Origin: a virus | Virus record (IMG/VR): IMGVR_UViG_3300037424_002358 | Span: 1-64,000 of that record | DNA length: 64,000 nt | Strand: one strand, 5' to 3' | Shown: positions 45,911 to 54,557 of the stretch, piece after piece | Numbering within the stretch: the first letter of the stretch is position 1 | How the letters are laid out: the number at the start of each line of letters is the position of its first letter | Translations under genes and position numbers: made by a program | The notes under the pieces: model-generated | Told to the model about the DNA's origin: nothing | Databases searched by the model: none | What the model saw: the letters and a program-made list of their open reading frames with translations, nothing else

Positions 45911-47098
45911 CTAGCCGATGGTCGGGCAGGAGGTCGTGAGCCGGCCCGTGAAGAAGCCGGTGTAGTCGCCGTGAGCGCAGCAGTGCTTGATGATGAGGGC
46001 CGTCCGCGCCCACACCTCGAAGGAGATGGCCGTACAGCCGGGGACTAGGTCCTTCAGCGCCAGCGGGATTGACGTGATCTTGTAGACCAGCGGCGTCCCG
46101 TTGTGCGTCATGCGCATGGCGAACAGGTGCGACTGGAAGAGATTCGCCCCGGCCGCGGTCCGGGTGAAGTTGTTGTCGGCCACGACTGCCAGCCGCCCGA
46201 CGCCGGTGTTGACGAAGCCGGCGAAGTTGAAGCCGGGCACGATCCGGTCACCCGAGTCGAACTGGATGACCTGCGATCCCTGGAAGCCGAGTTGGAAGTA
46301 GCCCGACATCATCTCCTGGACCGCCTGGGGCGCTCCAAAGATGGTCGTCGGCTTGGCGCAGCCCTCGGCCAGCCAGCGGTCGAAGGAGGTCGAGGAGAAC
46401 GAGCCCGACGAAGCCCACTCCGCCTCGTTCGTGCGGAAGTCGCAGTTGGCGACGTTGTCGTCGTACTGCTCGAATCCGTCGAACTCGAGGGCGTTCGCGG
46501 CCGAGTCGCCGAGCGCCAGCAGGCGGTCCCACCCGTTCATCACGAGGGTCATCGCCAGCCGGATTTCCTTCTCCTTCAGGTCGGCGACGCGCTCCTGCTC
46601 GAACGTCGCCGTGGACGATCCGCCCGGCATGCCCTCGCCCGTGGGGACGCCCCCGATCAGGCGGTTGATGCCGTGCCAGTTCGCCCCCGCCACCGCCGCC
46701 GAGTGCATGATGTCGCTGATGGCTAGCGTCTTCTTGGCGCCGATGTTCTTGAGGGTGATGGTCGTGTTGTCCCCGTCGTGGCGGAATTCCTCGGGGCACT
46801 CGCCCGTGGCGAAGGCGATGTAGGCCGAGCCGGACGTGAAAGCCAACTCGTTCAACTCACGCCACATGTGAGCGTTGAGGGCCGTCATCTCCTCGGGAAG
46901 CGCCTGCCACAGCGACACTTCCTCGCACATGGCGATGATCTCCGTCGGATCGAGCGGCTGCGGGTACTGCGCAGCGAAATCCGTCGGGGCCACGTACGGC
47001 TGAGGGAGGATGACGGGGTCGGTCGCGCGGGCGACGAAAGGCTCGGGCATGTAGGCTCCCCTGCCTCCGCTGCCGAGATCGAGTACGGGTGCGGTCAT
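45911..47098 (-). CDS. major capsid protein
   Basis: 395 aa, directly after the protease/scaffold; LALGDS...EFDGF motif; strong RBS; followed by a hairpin. Confidence 0.85.
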   Translation of the reverse strand: MTAPVLDLGSGGRGAYMPEPFVARATDPVILPQPYVAPTDFAAQYPQPLDPTEIIAMCEEVSLWQALPEEMTALNAHMWRELNELAFTSGSAYIAFATGECPEEFRHDGDNTTITLKNIGAKKTLAISDIMHSAAVAGANWHGINRLIGGVPTGEGMPGGSSTATFEQERVADLKEKEIRLAMTLVMNGWDRLLALGDSAANALEFDGFEQYDDNVANCDFRTNEAEWASSGSFSSTSFDRWLAEGCAKPTTIFGAPQAVQEMMSGYFQLGFQGSQVIQFDSGDRIVPGFNFAGFVNTGVGRLAVVADNNFTRTAAGANLFQSHLFAMRMTHNGTPLVYKITSIPLALKDLVPGCTAISFEVWARTALIIKHCCAHGDYTGFFTGRLTTSCPTIG

Positions 47099-47150
47099 GT
47101 TCCCTTCTCCTGGATTGGTAATGTCACGTCAAATCGCCAGAGACCTTTAC

Positions 47151-47181
47151 CCGTCCGCCGCGGCTGACAGTCGGCGGACGG
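47151..47181 (-). other. intergenic hairpin upstream of the capsid gene
   Basis: ccgtccgccg / cggcggacgg 10-bp stem. Confidence 0.5.
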
Positions 47182-47193
47182 ACAGTCCGGCGT

Positions 47194-49239
47194 CTACTCC
47201 TGCTGGATTCCGACGCTCCGTCGAACCAGTGCCCTGAGCGGCGATACCGGCTTCTGGTTCGGCGCGCCGAGCGTGATAAGGCCTCCGCTGCCTTGCAGTC
47301 CCATCGTGCGCGGGACGAGTTGGACAGCCCGGCGCTGGAGGCCGACGGGTTCGAGCGGCTTGCGCGGCGAGACCCTGGGCGTTGCGTCCCTCGGCCCGGC
47401 GGAGCGCACCGCCATGGCGTTCAGGACCGCCCGGAGTTCCTGCTGCATCGCCGCCTGCGCGGCTGCGATGGGCGCGAACTGGGCCGCGACCTGATCGCTC
47501 ACCTGCCGCGAGATGATTGCGCCAATCTGCTGCGGATCGAGGATGGTCCCGTCCGCCGCCAGCGCGGGGGCTTCCTCTTCCTCCGCCATGGCGCGCATGA
47601 CCACGTCGGCCAGCGCGTCATAGTGCGGCTGGAGGGCACTCCCCCGGTCGGCTGGATTGAGGCTCGCCGCCATCACGGTGTCGTAGGCGGCCTTGAACGC
47701 GGTCAGGGGCGCATCCAACACGTGGGCGGTCGGCTCGGGCGTCGGGGCTACGACTTCGGACTCGGGCTCGGGCGCGGGCGCGGGCGCGACGGGAGTCGGC
47801 TCCGGGGCGGGTTCGGCCGCGGGGGCCGGTGCCGTTTCCACCGGAGGTTCGGTCCTCTCAACTACGTCGGTCACTTGGGCACCTCCCGGTTTGAGCAGCG
47901 GCGCGACCTCTGTGAGAGCGCGCACCGCCATGATGTCCACCGTCTTCTGGAACTCGGACAGGGTGGATCGAATCGACTCGCCGTGCTCATGTCCGGCGAT
48001 GTTCGTGAGGACGGCACCGAGGACGGCCCACGAGTCGGTGTCGAGAAGAACGCCCCTCGACCTCGAGAGGAACGCGTGGGCGTCGGCCAGCGTCTTGGCC
48101 CCGCCCAGGTATCCGCGCGTCTCCATCGTGCCCGTCACCACGGGCTTCTCCTCCCCCATCATCGGCTGCATCATCGCCTCGCCCTCGGCGGGCGCTGACG
48201 GGGGCGTGGCCGCGGCGTCCTCGGCCTTCATGACAATCGCACCTGGGTCGATGGCCCGCTCGGTCAACTTTCGCGCCCGGCGTTCCAACTCCTCGGCCAT
48301 CTCGTCACCCACGATGGAAGCGGCGTCGCCGCGCTTGCTGGTCATGGACCTCTCCTCCAACGCAATCTCGGTGTCGTTGTAGGCGGGCATCCTCGTAAGC
48401 GCTAGGTGCACAAGTTGGCCCGCACGATAATGCTTCTCGCCGACGCCACGCTCGCAAAGGTCGCAATGGTCGACGAGCGAACGGCGCTGGAAGGCACCGT
48501 GTGGGCCGTGATCGTGGCCCCAATCGACGAAGGCAATGGAAATACGCGTGCGCTGCTCGGGCGGGATGCCCGCCTCAATGTCGCGCTTGATCGTCCCGTA
48601 GGCCGCCTCGGCCAGAGGCGTGTCGCGGAAGTAGCCCCGGGCCTTGAAGGTCGACCCGTCGATATACTCCTTCTCCGTGTCGCCGACGATCCCGAAGCCG
48701 TCCATGTCCAGATAGTGGGCCACGCCGAGATAGGGGTGCCCGCCCTTCCAGGATGGCGAGGCAAACAGTTCGGGGGCAGGCTCGTTCTTCTTGATCCGCT
48801 GGATGAAGTCGCGGAAGAGGTCGATAGTCATCCACTCGCCGTACGCATCCCGCTTGACGCCGGACGAGGTGGCGTACCAGCGCTTGCGCCCGTCTTTGTC
48901 GGGCGCGACGCGCGTGATGTACAGGTCGAGGTGGGCAGGCTGAGACATGACCGCGAGCGTCTGGGCGGAGACGGAGGGCTGGCGGCCGTCGGACAGCGCC
49001 GGGGTGAACTCGTCGCAGTAGTCCTCGGGCATGGGCGATATGTCCACCAGCATGCAGATCGGTTCGGTCTGGCCTTCTGTCAGTCCGGCGCCGACGAAGT
49101 AGCGGCAGTCGCCGCATGACAAGCCGGGTATGCCCCCGCCGCGCCGGAAGCCAGCCTCGCCGGGGGTCAACTTCTTCGTGCCGGGTCCGAGCGAAGTCTG
49201 GCCCGTTACGCCATCGCGGAGGGTCAAGGCTTCAGTCAT
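47194..49239 (-). CDS. prohead protease-scaffold fusion with N-terminal HiPIP-like Cys domain
   Basis: KRDAYGEWM, VAHY, RISIAF, HLALTRMPAY protease pattern; Pro/Ala/Glu-rich scaffold; precedes the capsid gene. Confidence 0.75.
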   Translation of the reverse strand: MTEALTLRDGVTGQTSLGPGTKKLTPGEAGFRRGGGIPGLSCGDCRYFVGAGLTEGQTEPICMLVDISPMPEDYCDEFTPALSDGRQPSVSAQTLAVMSQPAHLDLYITRVAPDKDGRKRWYATSSGVKRDAYGEWMTIDLFRDFIQRIKKNEPAPELFASPSWKGGHPYLGVAHYLDMDGFGIVGDTEKEYIDGSTFKARGYFRDTPLAEAAYGTIKRDIEAGIPPEQRTRISIAFVDWGHDHGPHGAFQRRSLVDHCDLCERGVGEKHYRAGQLVHLALTRMPAYNDTEIALEERSMTSKRGDAASIVGDEMAEELERRARKLTERAIDPGAIVMKAEDAAATPPSAPAEGEAMMQPMMGEEKPVVTGTMETRGYLGGAKTLADAHAFLSRSRGVLLDTDSWAVLGAVLTNIAGHEHGESIRSTLSEFQKTVDIMAVRALTEVAPLLKPGGAQVTDVVERTEPPVETAPAPAAEPAPEPTPVAPAPAPEPESEVVAPTPEPTAHVLDAPLTAFKAAYDTVMAASLNPADRGSALQPHYDALADVVMRAMAEEEEAPALAADGTILDPQQIGAIISRQVSDQVAAQFAPIAAAQAAMQQELRAVLNAMAVRSAGPRDATPRVSPRKPLEPVGLQRRAVQLVPRTMGLQGSGGLITLGAPNQKPVSPLRALVRRSVGIQQE

Positions 49240-49768
49240 TCTTCCTGTACCACGATCCAGGCGTGGCCTGGAGTTTGGCGATATGCGAGGCAATACCTGC
49301 GGACGTGTAGGGAGATGGCCCGCCCCCTCCGCTGACCCCGCGCACGTGTTCCCGCCACTGAGCGGCGTTCACTTCACTTGTGGGACGGCTGACCAGTTCG
49401 TCCCTAACAGCCTCCACGAAATCGGAGTCGTAGTGCTTGGCGTTCATGGCAATGTGTAGCAGGGCTTCCGTCTCCGCCGTTGAGACGGCATGACCGCCCT
49501 GCTTGCTCGTTCCCCTCGACCAAATCCCCTGAATGTTATTGGCAATCTGAGCCGTCATGCTGAAGTTGCCAGGTCCGCCGACGGGTGTGCCCGCGGGTCC
49601 GCCGCCAGCGTTGCCAGCGCCACCGCCGCCCGGAGCGCTCCCCCCCACCTCGCCAGGGCGCCCCGCGTGGCCGAAATGTCCCGATCCGGGGCCTCCCCGG
49701 ACCACGCCTAGTTCGGGGAGGTCCCGGACCACAAGGTGCAACGGGTGGACGTGCTTGTGGATCGTCAC
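49232..49768 (-). CDS. putative head-associated protein with GGPGSG tag
   Basis: GGPGSGHFGHAGRPGEVGGS at 49637-49696. Confidence 0.7.
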   Translation of the reverse strand: MTIHKHVHPLHLVVRDLPELGVVRGGPGSGHFGHAGRPGEVGGSAPGGGGAGNAGGGPAGTPVGGPGNFSMTAQIANNIQGIWSRGTSKQGGHAVSTAETEALLHIAMNAKHYDSDFVEAVRDELVSRPTSEVNAAQWREHVRGVSGGGGPSPYTSAGIASHIAKLQATPGSWYRKND

Positions 49769-49770
49769 GG

Positions 49771-51006
49771 TCAGATGCGCGGGTCGCCGAAGCGGCGCTC
49801 GCCTTCCGGGATTTGGACGGCGAGCGAGAGTGCCACGCCGCGGGTCATCTCGCGCAGGTTCCAGTCAATTGTGCCGGACCGGCGGACGAGGACGGCCCGC
49901 TGGAGTAGGTAGCCATCGGGCGAGTCGACCCAACGCTGGAAGATGTACTCCTCCGGCCGCGTGGGGTTCGTGATCGCCTGCCAGCCCTCGTCCATGCTCT
50001 TCTCGACCGCCTCCTCGTAGGAGCGCAGGACGGTGCGCTCCTGGACGAGATAGCCGATCGTGCGCTGCTGGAGCGGGCGGGCCATCCACGCGTTGGAGTT
50101 GACGTTGTCGGGCCGGCGGGCGATCCGGTTGGCGAAGCCGCCGTCGAGCATCTTCTGGTCGGCATCGGCCTCGACCTCACGCTGCCGGGCCGCCAGCGAC
50201 TTCTCTTCCTCGCCGCCCCACTCGGGCGACATGTCCTTCATCGCGCCGAGTTGGCGAGCCCGCTTGCGAAGGTGCGCCTTCACCTGGCCGCGCTTCGCCT
50301 CCGGGGCGCGCCCGTAGGACTGGACGCCGTCCATGAGGTCTTCGCGGTCGGCGATGGGGTAAGACCCATCGGGAAGCGCCCAGCCCCTCTTCGCGTACTC
50401 GGCCCGCTTCTCCGGCGAGTAATCCTTGCGGATCACCAGCGGGAGCGACAAGTCGAGGAAATCGTTGCGATGCAGGCGCCGAGCGGTCAAGGATTTCTCC
50501 TCCATCGGCTTCTCCCCCGGCGCTTCTTCCTGCGCCGGCTCCCCCTCTTCCTCCTCGCCCTCCTGACCTCCGGCGATGGCTGCGTCGGCCTGTTCGAGGG
50601 CGCAGCCCACCGGGTCATCCGTCTTCACACACTCACCCAGCAGGGCGGCGGCAAACGCGTCGCGCCACTCCTGCGAATACCTCGGGTCCTGATTGTCGGA
50701 CTCTTCCTCTTCCGGCTCAGCGGCCTCTTCCTCCGGCTCGGCCAGGTTGCTCACGTTCCCGTTCTTTTTCTCTTCGGCTTTCTTCCCCTTGTCGAGCCAC
50801 GGCGGAGGTCCGGCCCGCTTCACCCATTCGCCTTGCTCGTTCTTGCGGTAGTCGTTCTTCACCGCCGACCAGGCAATGGAGGCCGCGCACGCATCCCGGT
50901 CGTCGCGCTTGGCGCAGGTGCCGTCGTAGGCACCCAGGAAGGCCGACCGCCATATCTCGGCGGCGTGGCCTTTCAGCACCGAAGGAACGGTGACCGTCTC
51001 GGGCAT
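49771..51006 (-). CDS. ChaB-domain multidomain head protein
   Basis: VLKGHAAEIWRSAF...AASIAWSAVKNDYRK...WVK; later ALPDGSYPIAD...VKAHLRKRARQLG domain. Confidence 0.8.
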   Translation of the reverse strand: MPETVTVPSVLKGHAAEIWRSAFLGAYDGTCAKRDDRDACAASIAWSAVKNDYRKNEQGEWVKRAGPPPWLDKGKKAEEKKNGNVSNLAEPEEEAAEPEEEESDNQDPRYSQEWRDAFAAALLGECVKTDDPVGCALEQADAAIAGGQEGEEEEGEPAQEEAPGEKPMEEKSLTARRLHRNDFLDLSLPLVIRKDYSPEKRAEYAKRGWALPDGSYPIADREDLMDGVQSYGRAPEAKRGQVKAHLRKRARQLGAMKDMSPEWGGEEEKSLAARQREVEADADQKMLDGGFANRIARRPDNVNSNAWMARPLQQRTIGYLVQERTVLRSYEEAVEKSMDEGWQAITNPTRPEEYIFQRWVDSPDGYLLQRAVLVRRSGTIDWNLREMTRGVALSLAVQIPEGERRFGDPRI

Positions 51007-51070
51007 GGGCCTATTCTCCCTACCGTGATTGTAGACAGAATGCAAGGGGATTGCCCGCACTTTCGCGCCG

Positions 51071-51102
51071 CCAAAAGGAAGGCCCCCGGTGGTCCGGGGG
51101 CC
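51071..51102 (-). terminator. intrinsic terminator
   Basis: GC stem ggcccccgg/ccgggggcc followed by ttcctttt on the minus strand. Confidence 0.65.
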
Positions 51103-51132
51103 ATGGCTTCGGGCTGGCGGAGGCGTGGCTGG

Positions 51133-51420
51133 CTAGGCGGTCAGTAGCCCGGACTGCCGATGGAAGACGTGTCTGGCCTCGGCGCTGGCTAGGCGGAGCG
51201 TCCCGACGTACTCCCAAGTGTCGAGCGATCCTTCTCCTCCGGGCGCGTCCTCTCCGTCGGCAACGACAGCGAAGACGTGGCTGACCGTCGGCTTGCTGTC
51301 GTCCAGGAGCATCCAGACCGTGAAGAGCGCGGGCGTCCCGTAGAAGCCGACGCAGATGGGCCTCGCCCCCTGAGGCAACTCGAGGACCGGAACGATGGCG
51401 AATGGCTTGATCGTCGTCAT
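51133..51420 (-). CDS. hypothetical phage protein
   Basis: LELPQGARPICVG...VWMLLD...EYVGT...HVF; coupled. Confidence 0.7.
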   Translation of the reverse strand: MTTIKPFAIVPVLELPQGARPICVGFYGTPALFTVWMLLDDSKPTVSHVFAVVADGEDAPGGEGSLDTWEYVGTLRLASAEARHVFHRQSGLLTA

Positions 51421-51860
51421 CGGTTCTCTGGTGTCGAAGGCACCCCGAGGGCGGCGAGCCGACGAAGGAGATTCCAGTGTGAGGAGCAGGAGCACGAATG
51501 GGTGCGCATCTCCTCGGCGGCTAATCCGGGAAGACTCAGGATTTCCCCGTCCTGCTTTTTCCAGGCGGCGCGCCCATTCACGGCGTCCTCAATGTCGGAG
51601 ACAGTCGGATGCTCGTCGCAGTCCGGGCAGTACATGAAATGGTCACCGTGCGGCGCCTTCGTGTTGACGAACGCGTCCGTGTTTAGTCGGAACCTGTGCT
51701 CGTGCGTCTTGGCCTCGGACGCGGCGATGGCGGCACGCATCTTTGCCAGCGCTTCGTTCCATCCGCGGACATAGCCATGCCCATGCTCGTTCAACTCAAT
51801 TCCATCGGTCAGTGGCTCAATATGTCCTAGCGCCACCACCTTGGTATAGGCATCATCCAT
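51417..51860 (-). CDS. mosaic small protein (ASEAK family)
   Basis: AIAASEAK segment; CPDC. Confidence 0.65.
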   Translation of the reverse strand: MDDAYTKVVALGHIEPLTDGIELNEHGHGYVRGWNEALAKMRAAIAASEAKTHEHRFRLNTDAFVNTKAPHGDHFMYCPDCDEHPTVSDIEDAVNGRAAWKKQDGEILSLPGLAAEEMRTHSCSCSSHWNLLRRLAALGVPSTPENR

Positions 51861-52122
51861 GCTTCACCTTCCCTGCGGCGGCGAGTGCGGCTAATTGCTC
51901 TTCAACGTCCATCACAACCAAATGTCGGTCGCCTTTGGTTAGTTGTCTCATGGCAACTTGATACGCCTCCACCTTGGCCTCGGACGCGGTCAGGGCGGGG
52001 ATAGGACAATCTTTGGCATGTGGTTTCTGCCCACACCACTTGCATTGTGCAACCAACGCTCCTCGTGTCGTTCGGTACTCGTTCCAACAGTTCTCCGGCA
52101 CCGTCTTGGCGTCAGTCCCCAT
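51853..52122 (-). CDS. mosaic small protein (ASEAK family)
   Basis: GGAGGT RBS; GTDAKTV, CKWC, ASEAKVEA, LAALAAA. Confidence 0.65.
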   Translation of the reverse strand: MGTDAKTVPENCWNEYRTTRGALVAQCKWCGQKPHAKDCPIPALTASEAKVEAYQVAMRQLTKGDRHLVVMDVEEQLAALAAAGKVKHG

Positions 52123-52651
52123 CGGGAACCTCCGGGAGTTTCCTCCAGTGATTAGGGCCATTGACTCGATGCTCTCTATCAACATCCGTCTCCTGCGGCG
52201 CGGCGGCGAGGGCGGCGGGTGTCTTGTCGTGCTGCCTACCGTCATAGATGTTGCGATAGCGGCCTACGAAGTAGTTAGCGCATCGGAAGTAGACCTCAAT
52301 TATTCTCGCCCGGAAGCGTGTCCTCTTGCGCTCCACCCTCACTTCCTTCTCCAGCGCCTCCACCTTGGACCGGAGTGCCACGTTCTCGGCCTTGAACTCC
52401 AGGCCCTTGCGTCGATAGAAGTCCGCGAACCCACGATTGCGCCGTGCCTTTCCTTCCAGCGCCTCCACCTTGGCCTCGGACGTAGCGAGGGAGTTCAGGC
52501 GGGCCTCAATACCCGCTTGGTCGAGGTGCTGGTCGGTGCCTTCAAGTCTCGCCTCGGCCTCTGCATGCGCGCCCGAATAGATGCGACAAGTCACGTGCCA
52601 CTTCTGCACCGCCTTGGCGTCAGTCCCCTGCGGGACGCTAGGCGCTGTCAT
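52112..52651 (-). CDS. mosaic coiled-coil protein (ASEAK family)
   Basis: GTDAKAV, TSEAKVEALE, SKVEALE, ALAAAP. Confidence 0.7.
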   Translation of the reverse strand: MTAPSVPQGTDAKAVQKWHVTCRIYSGAHAEAEARLEGTDQHLDQAGIEARLNSLATSEAKVEALEGKARRNRGFADFYRRKGLEFKAENVALRSKVEALEKEVRVERKRTRFRARIIEVYFRCANYFVGRYRNIYDGRQHDKTPAALAAAPQETDVDREHRVNGPNHWRKLPEVPDGD

Positions 52652-53181
52652 CGGGAATTCTCCTTGGCGTCGGCCATCAGTCGCTCAACAGGGTTCATCC
52701 CCTCTCGACTTTCCATCTTGGGTGCGGCGGCGAGGGTGGCCCCATCGAGAATGTGTACAACATGCTCGACTAGCCACGGCCTCCCCGGAGCATCGGGGTC
52801 GTCCTCCGAAAGAATGGCCGCAATCGCCGCCTCCACCTTGGCCTCGGACGCGGCCAGGGCGGCTACGAGGCGCAGGCGCTTGGCTATCTCGTGGGGAATG
52901 CAGCCGCCGTGACCGCGCGGGCAAATCAAGTTGACTGGCCCACCCGTCAATGACTTTCGCATGTAGACGGTGTTGCAAGTCTCGCACAGCCACTCTTCTT
53001 CGTTGTCGCGTCGCTCCAGCGCCGCCAGCCTGGCCTCGGAGGCGGCGAGGGCGTCAATGGCACGTAGTCCTAGAGGTTCAAACTCAAGTGCTAGATCAGC
53101 GTGGCTCATGGATGGTCTAGGCGTCCCCGCCCATCGCTTGCATTCTTCCAGAACCGTCTTGCTGTCAGGCTTGTCAGTCAT
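52648..53181 (-). CDS. mosaic small protein (ASEAK family)
   Basis: PDSKTV, ALAASEAR, CETC...CPRGH, ALAASEAKVEA, LAAAP. Confidence 0.7.
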   Translation of the reverse strand: MTDKPDSKTVLEECKRWAGTPRPSMSHADLALEFEPLGLRAIDALAASEARLAALERRDNEEEWLCETCNTVYMRKSLTGGPVNLICPRGHGGCIPHEIAKRLRLVAALAASEAKVEAAIAAILSEDDPDAPGRPWLVEHVVHILDGATLAAAPKMESREGMNPVERLMADAKENSR

Positions 53182-53851
53182 CGTGAGGTTCCTTGCCGAC
53201 GCCTATGCCCGGCGGCTCCACCCTCACTTGAGACCAGTTCGCATTCACGTCTTGCCCCTCCCCGGACGGCTCCGAGGCGGCGTCGTTGTCCTGCCTTTGG
53301 TAGATAGCGTCAACGGCATCGAGAATTTCGACGTTGCCATCGTCGGGAGCCAGAACGATGACGGCCCCCGTTCTCCCATCCTTCTCCTTGAAACGAAGCG
53401 CCATGTGGCCTATGCCCAGGTTGTCATCCGACTTGATGATGCGGTACAACTTTCCCGCCAGTAGAGCCGCCGCCTCAAGACCGCTCCCCTCCAGCGGCTC
53501 CACGTTGGCCTGAGTGGCGGGGTCGACCGAAACCCACATCTGATCGCCGGGTTCAACTTCGATGTGTTCACGCTCTGCCTCGGTGAAGTCTTCGGGGTTG
53601 TAGGTCACCCACTTGATGAGGCCGTGTTTCTCGGCCAGTTCCTCAAAGTCGCCTCCGTCTAGGTTCATCGAACCGTCGAAGCCGAACACCTGCACCATGT
53701 CACGCCAGAAGCCTTCCAGCACCTCCAGCCTAGCCTTCCAGGCGTCGGCGTGGGCGCGCACCAAATTGCCGGTAACGATGCGCCGATGTCGCCAGCCGCG
53801 CAGTATGTCAGCCGCCAGCGCCGTCAGGGTCTCGTGGGTGTATTCAGTCAT
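53174..53851 (-). CDS. hypothetical protein
   Basis: AGGAGGT RBS; acidic protein. Confidence 0.7.
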   Translation of the reverse strand: MTEYTHETLTALAADILRGWRHRRIVTGNLVRAHADAWKARLEVLEGFWRDMVQVFGFDGSMNLDGGDFEELAEKHGLIKWVTYNPEDFTEAEREHIEVEPGDQMWVSVDPATQANVEPLEGSGLEAAALLAGKLYRIIKSDDNLGIGHMALRFKEKDGRTGAVIVLAPDDGNVEILDAVDAIYQRQDNDAASEPSGEGQDVNANWSQVRVEPPGIGVGKEPHDD

Positions 53852-53890
53852 CGCGAACCTCCTTGGCGAGGGTGGCACCAGCAAGGGTTC

Positions 53891-54040
53891 TTAGTACCAC
53901 CAGTCTACGCCGCCTGACCCGCTCACATCGGGATGTGCGCGAAAGAAGGCCGCCCAATAATGTCCCTCCCGTACCTCCTCGTGGTATCTCCATGCCAGCC
54001 ATAGGAACAGAAGGGCAAAGCACGCCATCAAGGTGACCAT
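53891..54040 (-). CDS. small membrane protein (49 aa)
   Basis: GGAGG RBS; hydrophobic N-terminus. Confidence 0.5.
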   Translation of the reverse strand: MVTLMACFALLFLWLAWRYHEEVREGHYWAAFFRAHPDVSGSGGVDWWY

Positions 54041-54056
54041 CTAAGCGCCCTCCGGC

Positions 54057-54557
54057 CTAGCGCAGCCCGAACAGGCTGACGCCGATCAGGATGAATAACA
54101 CCGCGGCGACGGCGATTGCGCCGCCCCCCAGCAGCCCGATGACGAACGAGGGCCAGTCCCAGCGGAGCCGCCAGGCGGGTTGGAGGCCCGCGAGGTAGGG
54201 CTGTTCGAGCAGGCGGCCCTTGCGCTTCTTGACACGCTCATCGACGCCGAGTTGCAGGATTTCGACGCTCGACCCATGCTTGCCCGGCTGGCGCCCGACG
54301 ACGCGAACTAGGCCATCCCAGATCAGAGAGTTGACGGCGCTCGAAACGGTCGTGATCTTCACGCCCGTCCCGAACGGATTCTCGCTGAATAGTTCGTAGA
54401 GCGCTTCCCGGGTCGTCGGCTGGAGGTAGGCGATCGCAAGCCGCACGCGCTCCTTGACCTTCAGATCGCGCCCGGACTCGTGCAGTCGCCGCCACGCCTC
54501 CGCGGAGGTTTCCTTATAGGCGGGCGGCGGAGCGCCGAAGAGAAATTGCTGTCTCAC
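54057..54557 (-). CDS. winged-HTH protein with C-terminal TM helix
   Basis: TSAEAW...TTREAL...VSSAVNSLIWDGLVRVVG; hydrophobic tail. Confidence 0.65.
   Translation of the reverse strand: MRQQFLFGAPPPAYKETSAEAWRRLHESGRDLKVKERVRLAIAYLQPTTREALYELFSENPFGTGVKITTVSSAVNSLIWDGLVRVVGRQPGKHGSSVEILQLGVDERVKKRKGRLLEQPYLAGLQPAWRLRWDWPSFVIGLLGGGAIAVAAVLFILIGVSLFGLR

Larger units (their letters stand above)
51708..53052. repeat. dispersed intragenic direct repeats
   Basis: cgcctccaccttggcctcggacg at 51964, 52460, 52828 (partial copies at 51708, 52351, 53031); cttggcgtcagtcccc at 52105 and 52613. Confidence 0.9.

Noticed and set aside
51708-53052. Repeats considered as a CRISPR array or DGR template/variable pair
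   Set aside because: Spacing is irregular, the repeats are in-frame coding, there are no cas or reverse transcriptase genes in the window, and no adenine-specific mismatch pattern
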